Numbered from the stretch's first letter, positions 47,559 through 57,388 are shown. The stretch is DNA of 64,000 nucleotides from a virus (IMGVR_UViG_2974611114_000001:40330-104329), one strand, 5' to 3'. The notes: generated by a model not told the origin, from the letters alone. Numbers and translations: made by a program.

Positions 47559-47940
47559 ATTTGAGCAGTATAAAGAGCTGTTTGAGATTATGGAAGCCTC
47601 CGGAAAGTTTAGATTCTCATTAAGTTCCGGAGATGGTGGATTAACATTTTTAGTTCGTATTATTAATAGCGCAGATACTGTAGTAGCTAAGTTAGAGGAA
47701 AAGTTCATTTACACAATCAATGAACTTGGAGATAGTGAGCTCCCTAGAATCTTTATAGGTGAGGACAACATAGCTAGAATTGGAAAGGGCATGTACTCTC
47801 TCACTTTACCAGTAGCATTTAAAGCAGTCTGTGATGCCTGTCCAAGATGTAACGGATACGGTAATACATATGGGCTAGTAGGTGGAAAAGTAGATTTTAC
47901 AACATGCACAGAATGTAATGGAACAGGAGTAAAGAAATGA
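47551..47940 (+). CDS. protein with DnaJ-type CxxCxGxG Zn motifs
   Basis: CPRCNGYG...CTECNGTG. Confidence 0.65.
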   Translation: MIKFEQYKELFEIMEASGKFRFSLSSGDGGLTFLVRIINSADTVVAKLEEKFIYTINELGDSELPRIFIGEDNIARIGKGMYSLTLPVAFKAVCDACPRCNGYGNTYGLVGGKVDFTTCTECNGTGVKK

Positions 47941-48266
47941 TTACTAAAGTACGTAAGATATTAAACCCAGAAGTTTATATATTTGGAAAACCAGCATCAC
48001 TATACGCGTGCGACAAGGGCGATCTATACGTCTCTTTAAAGCAAGATATCCTAGATGAATTAGGCATTAATCTGTGTAGTCACAATAAAACACTGCACGT
48101 AGTTGATATAGAACATCGAGATATGACTAGAACCTATAGCAAGAAGAAACACTACCTTATTCACGGGTTTAATCTTACAGAAGTATGTAATACACTACGT
48201 AAGGCAGGTACTAAAACCCAAATTGAAGTTGCTAACTTTCTAGAAGAGATTATTAGAGATAAGTAA
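47937..48266 (+). CDS. hypothetical protein
   Basis: ATGA overlap. Confidence 0.6.
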   Translation: MITKVRKILNPEVYIFGKPASLYACDKGDLYVSLKQDILDELGINLCSHNKTLHVVDIEHRDMTRTYSKKKHYLIHGFNLTEVCNTLRKAGTKTQIEVANFLEEIIRDK

Positions 48267-48725
48267 ATGAAGCCACATATCTATAGTAAGCTCTTAAACG
48301 AACTTACACAAACAGCAAGGGTATACAAAGACACTCAACAGCTCAGAGCACAGTTAGGCAGTACTCTAAGTAAGTATATTGAAGTTGAACACAATACAGG
48401 GGCTCACTTAATGTTAGAGGTAACAAAGTTAGACACTAATCTAGATATTAAAGGAGCGAAGGCATCCTTATATAAAGCAAAAGATGGAACTTTATACATT
48501 AGAGTACCATTTACAGATATCATTAACCCAGAGGATAAAACAACACTACTATCTGTATATCCAGACGTTGTAGGCATCTATACTACTCGCTACTTTGGAG
48601 GGGATAAATTCATAGAGTACCACGAAGCATATGAGTTACAGAGCGTTATAGACGCTGTGTGTATTTATACAAAGGACAAGGAATTAGCAAATTTTCTTTC
48701 AATATTAAGAGATATAGTAGAATGA
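48267..48725 (+). CDS. hypothetical protein
   Basis: 152-aa ORF. Confidence 0.65.
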   Translation: MKPHIYSKLLNELTQTARVYKDTQQLRAQLGSTLSKYIEVEHNTGAHLMLEVTKLDTNLDIKGAKASLYKAKDGTLYIRVPFTDIINPEDKTTLLSVYPDVVGIYTTRYFGGDKFIEYHEAYELQSVIDAVCIYTKDKELANFLSILRDIVE

Positions 48726-48878
48726 AAGTAATGGAAATCAGGTCTGATATATTAATTAAGTCTCATACGCAGTAACTTATAAAGTAAGCTTTATAGAGTG
48801 ATTATTGCGGATTTTGCCTAGGGGCAGATTTCGCGGAATTGGGCAGTAACAATATTAAACAATATAAAGGAGAGCACA

Positions 48879-49277
48879 ATGGAAACTAAAATGTTAGGTA
48901 AATCAAAACTTGAAAATGCAGTATTAGATGCAATTATCGAAGACTCAGCCAAGCTAGAGAAGCAATTAGATTTCTTTGCCGCTGTAGAAGATTATTCTGA
49001 AGAAGATTATGAGATGGGTGAAAAATTAAAACAGGAGGTAATAGAGGGACTTAACCAAATAGACCAGATTAAAACACACTTAAGATCCCTATTACAGGAA
49101 GTTCGTTATGATATAGAGAATGTAGAAATTGATGAATATGTAAACCATAAGTGTGATTTTATTCCTTACTACACTACAGAGACATGGAAGGGACTAGAAC
49201 CTGGAGATGGCGTTAGAACTACTTATTCGCAATGCCCATTATGTGGTGAAAAGAAATTAACTGAGAAGATTATCTAA
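48879..49277 (+). CDS. coiled-coil protein with C-terminal CxxC
   Basis: HKC...CPLCG. Confidence 0.65.
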   Translation: METKMLGKSKLENAVLDAIIEDSAKLEKQLDFFAAVEDYSEEDYEMGEKLKQEVIEGLNQIDQIKTHLRSLLQEVRYDIENVEIDEYVNHKCDFIPYYTTETWKGLEPGDGVRTTYSQCPLCGEKKLTEKII

Positions 49278-49337
49278 TCAGATTAAATTGGGGTGGGTTT
49301 AGCGAAGCTAGTCTCACCAAACTGACTAGGAGACGAA

Positions 49338-50321
49338 ATGAGAGTACCATTAAACATTTTTCTACAAAGAGAGAATGTATTAGGCAATGAGCACCTATTC
49401 CAAAAGGCATGGAATGAATTTAAAATGCTAGATGGAATGAAAGTTTCAGAAATGAATGACAGACAGAAAGCTCTAGTACTTATATTTACTAAACGTACTA
49501 TTGATGAAGGGGGAGTGATTAAACGAGCTGTACACCAGATAGCTATACATACTTTAGCATACTTAAAGGTTACAGATTCAGTAGGTATAACAGCTAAGAT
49601 ATACAAGGTAAACATTATAGAAGATATCGAATGTAAGTTAGAACAGACAATATTCCCAAAAAGTGAAGCACCATTCATCTGCTCTATATTAAATTTAGAT
49701 AAGGGGTTTGTGCCGCTAGAGTACCATAATGGAAAGAAACAATATCGCATATACTATCATAAGAAGCAGTTTATGGTATCTGTTAGAGATCCTGATGATA
49801 CTAAATTACCATATGCCTCTGTTGATTACCCTAATGATAACTATGCAGAGGTATATAAACAAGTAATTCTTAAAGCCAAAAAACTACCAGTATCTACTTC
49901 AGATACTACCTGTACACAACCAGTGTGGGCAGCTATCTACGCTCTAGCAGATAGGGTAGGTGATCATCTAATAGCTAAGCCTAATAGTGGAGTAGAGTTT
50001 AATATACCAATAGATTCTATCCTACCCCTTAATAAGAAGTACTCAGAAGTACCACTAGAAGGGTCTATAGGTTTTGAAAGTGTAGTAACCACCTACCACA
50101 TTGCCGAAGCAATTTCGCAATGGGCATTCAGAATAGCAACAAACCAAGCTACAGATAATGACTTAGATGCACAATCTGTACAGTGTCCAGTATTCAAAGC
50201 CACATGCAAAAAGGTATACCTAGACGTACCAAAAATAGAAACTAGAGAATGTACTAACTCTCGCAGTTTTCCTTCGCATTCACTGTCACTCATCATGGAC
50301 GAGTACTTAAACATTAACTAA
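49338..50321 (+). CDS. hypothetical protein
   Basis: 327-aa ORF with AGGAG RBS, last early gene before the non-coding region. Confidence 0.75.
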   Translation: MRVPLNIFLQRENVLGNEHLFQKAWNEFKMLDGMKVSEMNDRQKALVLIFTKRTIDEGGVIKRAVHQIAIHTLAYLKVTDSVGITAKIYKVNIIEDIECKLEQTIFPKSEAPFICSILNLDKGFVPLEYHNGKKQYRIYYHKKQFMVSVRDPDDTKLPYASVDYPNDNYAEVYKQVILKAKKLPVSTSDTTCTQPVWAAIYALADRVGDHLIAKPNSGVEFNIPIDSILPLNKKYSEVPLEGSIGFESVVTTYHIAEAISQWAFRIATNQATDNDLDAQSVQCPVFKATCKKVYLDVPKIETRECTNSRSFPSHSLSLIMDEYLNIN

Positions 50322-50418
50322 TTACATACCCTAGAAAATAAAATCTTGTTGACAAATATTTTAGAGCATGTTATAATTAAACCATGATTTGAGAAATTTC
50401 AAAGAATGTAGTTTAATT

Positions 50419-50519
50419 GGAGAGGGTGTAAGTACGCTGTACGAACACCAGAGGCGACGGAGGTTTAAGGAGGAGGAGCCAGATGGTGCTTCGTGCAAGG
50501 CGTATTCCACACCCTCTCC
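50419..50519 (+). ncRNA. ~100-nt rod-like hairpin with GGA-rich loop
   Basis: GGAGAGGGTGT/ACACCCTCTCC, TACGC/GCGTA, CACCA/TGGTG; promoter TTGACA 50349, TATAAT 50372. Confidence 0.5.
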
Positions 50520-52119
50520 TCCATGTGTATAAGATATAAATGGTTTTTAAGTATTTTAAGTTAATATAACAAACAATAACGCATGGTGGGGGAAGTTGTA
50601 ACTATTAAAAGAGTACAAAGAAAATCTTTAATGAAAAGAACGAGGTAGGAGGGTTATTTAATAGTAAAGATTTATTAATGAAAAGATTTGGTAACATAGT
50701 TTTATTCGCCAGAACTGCCTCCCCATTTTTCCGCTAGACAACTCCCCAATCCATTTCTAGCGATAATGAAATACGTTATTCAGCCTCTAGAATAGTGGAT
50801 AAAAAGATACTTTTCTCCCTATTCCCACCCCTTAATGCCTTCTAGTAATATTAGTAGGCATCTCACCTTATTATTACCAGCTAACCTATTAATCCCCATT
50901 ACCCGCCAATCTATTATCAGACAATCTATTAATCCCCATTAGCAGCCAATCGTCACAGTTTTGCTTAAAGCACATTTGTGACAAACCCAGTGTGAAGACC
51001 CGAATTAGACACCAATCCCAAAAATATTATCATATAGTAATTTCTTCCTAGCTATGAACTAAATGAGTAGCTCTATGATTTTATAGTCCATAATTTCTCT
51101 CTAGCTATAAACTAAATGCCCACATCAGTAGCTATATGATTTTATAATTATAATCATGAGACCATAAGAAAATTGTCTCTATTTTGCCGGTGGCACGTTT
51201 GAGACGGGCTGCCACCCCCGTAAATTTTTGTCAAGCCTTTCCCTAGTGTTTTGCAAATAATTTTTTAGGCACAGGGCGGTTATAGATCAGGGGGGTTTCG
51301 CTCTAAGAGCGAGTTCCTACAAAACAGCCCCACCCCCTCCTTAAATAGCAGTAAATCCTTCCACAGTAGCCCACAATTCCCACTAAAAATGTCAAAGATT
51401 GCAAAAGTCTGTAAAATTCTCCCAGAATCCCCACAATGCCTGCAAATAAAATCCTACAGATGCAATAGCTTGCAAATCTCTGCAAATCCTATCCAAAGTC
51501 GCTCTCATACAACTCCCAATCTATTTCTAGCATTAAAATCCCCCAATTATACTTATTATAGCTAAATAAACCTTACCAGCTAAAATCCCCCATTCCGCTT
51601 CGCGAATACTCAGCTAAACAGTTCTAGCTAACAATTACTAGTTTAACCCTCCTATAATACAGCCACGCATAAATTCTACAACATAAAATTTAACTTAGGC
51701 AATCACATTCCCAAAACTAATTTTGTATATAAAGATTCTTGGTAATACCCCACTTAGTTAGTTATACGCCAGCTAGACAGATCAGCTGGTGGCTTTGAGA
51801 ATCTTCCCCCTGTTGTCGCGAGTTTTGCTTTGAAGCAAGTTTCGCGAATTTGGGGTGAGGAAGAAAAAATTTCTCACAAAAATAAAAACACGTTTCGGAT
51901 TTCCCAGAATAAAAAGTCCACACGTAATATTTTTGAAAAAACGAAGTCGATTACGCACATAGGCGCAGGGAAGAGGTGTTACTGAGAAGCATTCTCACCT
52001 GCGAGGGGTTATCATTACTCTAGCTGAATGCGTCTAATTCGTATATGCGAGTGGTTATCATTACTCTAGCTGAATGCGTATTATTTGCGCTTGATAGTGA
52101 GAAACACTATCAATTAGAC

Positions 52120-52191
52120 TTATCCACAGTTATATAATTAACTATATAACGCTGAAACGATTCAGTTTGAGTTATCAACAAGTTATCCACA
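52120..52191 (+). promoter_or_regulatory. three DnaA boxes
   Basis: TTATCCACA 52120-52128, TTATCAACA 52172-52180, TTATCCACA 52183-52191. Confidence 0.75.
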
Positions 52192-52202
52192 GGTTATAAC
52201 TA

Positions 52203-52218
52203 CTGTATATAATTACAG
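52203..52218. promoter_or_regulatory. LexA (SOS) box
   Basis: CTG-TATATAATTA-CAG. Confidence 0.65.
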
Positions 52219-52445
52219 GGTCACTATATAGGGTAATATTTTGGTATAGGGATATTTGCGCGTATACGGCATTTTGAGGGGTTTTAAGGGTGGGAGTGAT
52301 ACTAAAGTATGGGGTAGAGTGGTGGGGCAAATAAAAAATAACGCCCCGTTATAGTCATGAGGCGTTATTATCAGTCAACGCAAGGGATTTTACATATTAT
52401 CGTAAAATATTTTTAGTGCCTTTCTATACAGCCCAATCAGGGGTA

Positions 52446-52811
52446 TTATGCACAATAAGCCCCACAAGCCGTATCAGATTTAACAGTAGGCTTGTGTAGT
52501 GTTACGTTGATAAACACACGCGCCACCTTGAAGCTATCCCCAATAGGTAACACCTTAACAGCATACTGATATTCAGTGCAACCGACTGTATAGACAAAGC
52601 TGTCTATTAATCCTTCATTAGCTTCTAGAGCGGTGCTGATAGCTGTTATCATGCGTAGTGGTGCATGGTTAGGTTTAACTTCAGCGCAATCTAAAAGCCC
52701 ATCTAGTAAAGATATTGCTCTAGCTGGATTGTTAACAAAAACGTCCGCACTAGCTGAAATCTCTACTAGGCTATTGTTTACGATCAGTTGAATCGATTGA
52801 TAGTGTCTCAT
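52446..52811 (-). CDS. pre-early hypothetical protein
   Basis: 121-aa ORF, ATGA overlap. Confidence 0.6.
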   Translation of the reverse strand: MRHYQSIQLIVNNSLVEISASADVFVNNPARAISLLDGLLDCAEVKPNHAPLRMITAISTALEANEGLIDSFVYTVGCTEYQYAVKVLPIGDSFKVARVFINVTLHKPTVKSDTACGAYCA

Positions 52812-53167
52812 AGCACTGTCTCCGCGCAGTCTTTAAGGTGTAGGGTTGTGTTACCGTCCTTAGAAATGATAGTAAGCTCCGCACCCTCGAAATTAACGTA
52901 GCCGTCCACTCGTTTAGTATCGGCGACTATCATAGAGTTTTTGCCAACAAAAACATAAGGTGATTGCTCCCCTATAAACACGTCCTTATGATACACGCCT
53001 TTAAAAGACGTTTCAACAACAAAAGCACCATTGATGCCGTATACATTGGCTAGTTGCGTGCTATCGCTAGTAACTGCTTTACATACTGTTAAATTAAGTG
53101 GCTTAGTGTCACTCATTGCACTAGCAGAAAATAGACATAGTGCCAATGGAAATAGAAAAAGTTTCAT
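52808..53167 (-). CDS. pre-early secreted/periplasmic protein
   Basis: Signal peptide MKLFLFPLALCLFSASAMS. Confidence 0.7.
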   Translation of the reverse strand: MKLFLFPLALCLFSASAMSDTKPLNLTVCKAVTSDSTQLANVYGINGAFVVETSFKGVYHKDVFIGEQSPYVFVGKNSMIVADTKRVDGYVNFEGAELTIISKDGNTTLHLKDCAETVL

Positions 53168-53219
53168 TAGTAAATCCCCCTAAAGCGGTAGCCCTTGAAA
53201 GCTACCGCCGATTGTGTTA

Positions 53220-53705
53220 TTAGTGGAAAGAAATAGGATCTTCGCCAGCGCTCGATTCCTCATACAGTGGCATCACACCATTATCGGATAGCTCCAAGCC
53301 CTCTAGAAAGTGTTTGCAATACATATTCCAGTGACCGATACCCGTAAACACCGCATCAATAAATTGTAGTGCAAACACAGGGGCGGAGCTATCACTTTCT
53401 TTTAGTTTAGCAACTACGAGCATCTCATCAAATGGCTTTAATAAGTTATCGCTTGCCATCTCGCCCAATGCTTTATAAGCTCGTTCAACGATATCGCGGG
53501 GCACGCTATCAAACAGGACACGAGCATCTACAACCAGATCACCGCTTTCAATACTTGCCACAATATCAGCAAATTTGAAAGCACAATCAATGCTAGGAGC
53601 ATCTTGCTTAACTGGTAATGCTAGAATGATATCCGCGCCAGCTTGAGTTAAATAGCCCTTAGATACAGCGGTAGTAATATAACGGGTAAATTTTGGATTA
53701 GACAT
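53220..53705 (-). CDS. pre-early hypothetical protein
   Basis: AAGGTG RBS; paralog of 53795-54349. Confidence 0.7.
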   Translation of the reverse strand: MSNPKFTRYITTAVSKGYLTQAGADIILALPVKQDAPSIDCAFKFADIVASIESGDLVVDARVLFDSVPRDIVERAYKALGEMASDNLLKPFDEMLVVAKLKESDSSAPVFALQFIDAVFTGIGHWNMYCKHFLEGLELSDNGVMPLYEESSAGEDPISFH

Positions 53706-53794
53706 AATATAGACACCTTATTTTGATAGGGGCGACCTATTCGCCCCGTAATGGTTAATATGCTACTAACTACTAGTTGTTGTCAACCTATTAT

Positions 53795-54349
53795 TTAGAA
53801 TACAGCAGGATAAAGGGGCTCTTTGTCTAGCTCGCAGTTTTCTTCATAGTCTGGCTCACTGCCCATAAGTACGCATAGGGTAAAGGTTTCCTCCCCACTT
53901 AATAGCTCAGGACGAAATAGCCCGTTAGTAATAAACACAACATTGAGCCAGTCAAACACTTTAGGGGCTTTATCTACTACGATAGAATTTTGGCGCTCTT
54001 TAGATAATACGGTTTCATCGCCCGCAACTGCTGATAGTCGTTTAACCGCGTTATCAACCGCTTTATCACTAACACTAGCAATCAGCACATCTAAATTAAT
54101 AGCAGTAGGATCACTCTCTAGTACATCTTTTAATTTACCCCAGTTTAGGGAACAATCGAGGCTAGGAAAATCCTGAATACAGTCAAACTTAGCATTAAAC
54201 GGTACTACTTGCGGATAGCGGTTAACAAGCCCCGCAATCTGATTAACCCCATCAATTGAGATAAGCCCGCGATCAACTGCTACGGCTAAGTAACGCGCAA
54301 ATTTAGGCATAGTAGCAGATAATTTAATTACTTGTTTCATAATAGACAC
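53795..54349 (-). CDS. pre-early hypothetical protein
   Basis: AAGGTG RBS (likely start MKQVI at 54340); PKFARY motif. Confidence 0.7.
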   Translation of the reverse strand: MSIMKQVIKLSATMPKFARYLAVAVDRGLISIDGVNQIAGLVNRYPQVVPFNAKFDCIQDFPSLDCSLNWGKLKDVLESDPTAINLDVLIASVSDKAVDNAVKRLSAVAGDETVLSKERQNSIVVDKAPKVFDWLNVVFITNGLFRPELLSGEETFTLCVLMGSEPDYEENCELDKEPLYPAVF

Positions 54350-54516
54350 CTTGTTTTAATAGGCGCATTCTAGCGCCTAGTTTAATTTAATAGTTCCAAT
54401 ATTGCGACCAATCAAAGGTTATAAACTTGTAAAATATAACAAGCCCTAGTATAGTTACAATATATAGCGTTGGTTTTGTACCTTTAGCAAAGTTTACTAA
54501 TATATTTATTAGTTGT

Positions 54517-54912
54517 TCAATCAGTGCCCCCTATATCGCCCCACAGGCGAAGTTTTATTCCTAGTGCGCCGTTTTGTAGTATTACAAAATTGCCACAAGT
54601 GAAAAGATACTCTATATCCTTAACGCTGTCAATAGGAAAACTTTCACCTTGGAACGTTGCAAAAGTAATAGCGTTTTCATTGCCTATCGCTTCAATGATA
54701 TCTAACAGGTGCGCTACAATACTTTCGTTAACTACCGTAGACGCTCGACCGTATATCACCGTGACTGATTCACCACGTTTAATAGTTCCTAGCTGGTAGC
54801 CCTCTAGTACACTAAATAATTGCCCCGTCAGGGATAGCCGAGGCAATAGATAGAATGGTTTACCGTCACGATTTACCTTAACGCGAAAACGTTCTAGCGT
54901 AAATCGTGCCAT
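54517..54912 (-). CDS. pre-early hypothetical protein
   Basis: 131-aa ORF with GAGGAG RBS. Confidence 0.7.
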   Translation of the reverse strand: MARFTLERFRVKVNRDGKPFYLLPRLSLTGQLFSVLEGYQLGTIKRGESVTVIYGRASTVVNESIVAHLLDIIEAIGNENAITFATFQGESFPIDSVKDIEYLFTCGNFVILQNGALGIKLRLWGDIGGTD

Positions 54913-54917
54913 TATTT

Positions 54918-56111
54918 TTACTCCTCTCCCTTAGTTAATAGGTTGCTAAGTTGAGCGCTAGGCACACCTTTCACAACATCGTCAATCAGTTTAGGGATAT
55001 CTAAACCGCGTAACAACTCATAAGACGCTGAATTTACAGCGCTTTCAGCTAATGCCATAGCTACCTTATTATCGTTTGCAAAGTTTTGCACCACTAATAA
55101 GAAAAGATTAGCAACTACTAAATGCCCTAACTCAGTTTGAGCATAACCGCGCACCATTAAAGGCAAGGATTTAGCCATAACAGCGCCTAATTGCTGGTTT
55201 ACAGTGCGCCCCGCTTCTAGCTTTCCAGCTTGGATTGCGCTATCTTTGTTTTGCTCGATAATTTGTGCTAGTGATAGTTTCATTGTGTTATTTCCTGTTT
55301 TAGTAACGGATTGATTTGGAATAGATTTTGCCTGTAATAGTCTCTCATCATCGGAGCTAGGGAAAATCAGGTTATTGTTTGGTAATAGTACGCCCACAGA
55401 ATGCAAGTCTGATAAGCCACGGGGATCATTAAATGATCTGCTTTCTAGTATCCCACACGCTCTAGACACGCCTGAATAGTAGCTACACCCTATATCACGT
55501 AGGTAGCTATCAGGAAGATCTAGGCTTGCCCATCTAGCAGTTAGTTGATCTCTAAACAGTTTGCCAGATAGCTCATTGCTTACATTACCGCTAAATTGCG
55601 CCAGTTGTTGTAAAATTGGCGTGCCTATATAACCGCCTAATGCAAAGAAATTAATTCCTTTGTCACTAATTTTACTAGGGGATTTTACTGTATTGCCCCA
55701 ATAGTACGATACATAGGTACTTCGACCGCTATGAGCTGGCACTAATAATAAGACGTTAGCGTCCCCGATAGCATTCGATGGCATATCTTCTAACCAATCA
55801 TAATCAAATGTTAAAAGATTAAGTGGTGAGTAGATAACAATGGGGTTAATTGCGTTGGCTTCACTAGCGTTTTTTGCATCTAAAACTTGAATAGCAAACG
55901 CGCTAATGATATTGTTAGCTACTTGACTGTTAGATACGTTTGCCCCTGTAATGGAATCAAGGGGAATATTTCCGAGGTATAGTGGGTTATCACTACAAAA
56001 GCTAAACACTTTATCATTATTTAAAGTTTGAGATGGTTTATCTCCTAGTAGCTTTGTAATAGTGGTTTTCCAACTAACCCCCCTTAAACTGCTTAAATCA
56101 AGCGGAGTCAT
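54918..56111 (-). CDS. pre-early protein with T5-conserved C-terminal domain
   Basis: C-terminal KLEAGR...PLMVRGY...VVANL resembles a T5 pre-early product; possible internal start at 55283. Confidence 0.75.
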   Translation of the reverse strand: MTPLDLSSLRGVSWKTTITKLLGDKPSQTLNNDKVFSFCSDNPLYLGNIPLDSITGANVSNSQVANNIISAFAIQVLDAKNASEANAINPIVIYSPLNLLTFDYDWLEDMPSNAIGDANVLLLVPAHSGRSTYVSYYWGNTVKSPSKISDKGINFFALGGYIGTPILQQLAQFSGNVSNELSGKLFRDQLTARWASLDLPDSYLRDIGCSYYSGVSRACGILESRSFNDPRGLSDLHSVGVLLPNNNLIFPSSDDERLLQAKSIPNQSVTKTGNNTMKLSLAQIIEQNKDSAIQAGKLEAGRTVNQQLGAVMAKSLPLMVRGYAQTELGHLVVANLFLLVVQNFANDNKVAMALAESAVNSASYELLRGLDIPKLIDDVVKGVPSAQLSNLLTKGEE

Positions 56112-56387
56112 GAGTGATCACCTTATTAAATTGTTAAAGAGCGTATCGAGTTATTGCCTTTCGATGTGATTAACTATACCCCCTTTAGATTTTAGCGCAA
56201 GTGTTTAATTGTAAAGAAGTGTAAATACGCAAGCGCTTATAAATGAATATAGAGCGCACGCGCGTAGCATAAAGTCAATAACTTTGTTTAGCAAAAAGTG
56301 CTAAATCGAGATCTTTTTGTTTTGATACTAACGTATAGCTTCTAGATAAAATCGCCTAGAGTCGATTCTAGGACGTTCTAGGGCATA

Positions 56388-56403
56388 CTGTTTATTTATA
56401 CAG
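56388..56403. promoter_or_regulatory. LexA (SOS) box
   Basis: TACTG-TTTATTTATA-CAGTA between the divergent pre-early promoters. Confidence 0.65.
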
Positions 56404-56778
56404 TAGGTTGACAAATTAATATAAACATGTTACGCACACGCGCGGTCTTTATATCCACCAGCTTAAACCGTCTTTACATTTCTTTACAAATAAACACTTG
56501 CACTAATTATCTATTAGAGTATATTTATAAGCGTACCAAGTAACAACGCTCTTTAAAAATCTAACATTCTGGTTTACTGGTTATCGGTAGGCTTCTTACT
56601 AGCGAGTACGAGCGCGGAGTTTAGGCGAAAGCCTTTAGTAAGAAAACTTTTAGGATTCTCGAAAATAACCGCTTGACAATATAATTAGAATGTGGATAAT
56701 AGAAAGCGTACCAAGTAACAACGCTCTTTAACAATCTGGCTTATTATAGGTGACTCACTACTAACGAGGTGAATTACT

Positions 56779-57057
56779 ATGAAAGAATTAACATTAATCG
56801 AAGCTATGTTCCTACTTGCGAAGCAAGAGTGCTCAGACGAAGCAAAAATCCTCTTAGCAGGAATTGATGCTTACATGAATGAAGATGACGCACGCACTGC
56901 TTACCAAGTAGTAGCGAAAGAATATGAAGATATTCTAAGCGACTTCTTCAATAATGGTAAGTCTAACGTCAGCACGTACCCGAAAGGGGCTTACTTAGCA
57001 TGGAATAATATTTGTATGCTTCAAAAAGCCCGTGACTTAATTATTGCGGAGGTGTAA
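56779..57057 (+). CDS. pre-early hypothetical protein
   Basis: GAGGTG RBS. Confidence 0.7.
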   Translation: MKELTLIEAMFLLAKQECSDEAKILLAGIDAYMNEDDARTAYQVVAKEYEDILSDFFNNGKSNVSTYPKGAYLAWNNICMLQKARDLIIAEV

Positions 57058-57061
57058 AGAA

Positions 57062-57388
57062 ATGACTCTCAAGCTCGATCTTATTGATATTATTAATTCT
57101 AATGACGGGATCAAACACTTATATCCTACGGCAACGCGTAAAGAGATATTAGATATAGACTACGCCAATGCTCATGCGGAAACCCAAGCCCTAGCGTTTG
57201 CATTCTTTATCGAAAACGGGCATGATGCGCATACAGGGCTAGAATGCACTCGCGCAGATATCCTAGAACACTGTAAGTCTAATTATCTATTACTTGAGGA
57301 CTACCAAGTTAATAGAGCATTAGCAGTATTAGCAGGTATTACAAAGGTATACGATATCATCATTAAGATAGACACAAGCGATATCTAA
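57062..57388 (+). CDS. pre-early hypothetical protein
   Basis: Start MTLKL behind GGAGGT. Confidence 0.65.
   Translation: MTLKLDLIDIINSNDGIKHLYPTATRKEILDIDYANAHAETQALAFAFFIENGHDAHTGLECTRADILEHCKSNYLLLEDYQVNRALAVLAGITKVYDIIIKIDTSDI

Larger units (their letters stand above)
50850..52440. other. non-coding region at the inner boundary of the terminal repeat (injection-stop-signal-like)
   Basis: No credible ORF; direct repeats, palindromes and DnaA boxes between convergent early and pre-early genes, as at the T5 iss. Confidence 0.7.

Noticed and set aside
50419-50519. Retron msr/msd-like hairpin
   Set aside because: No reverse transcriptase in the window
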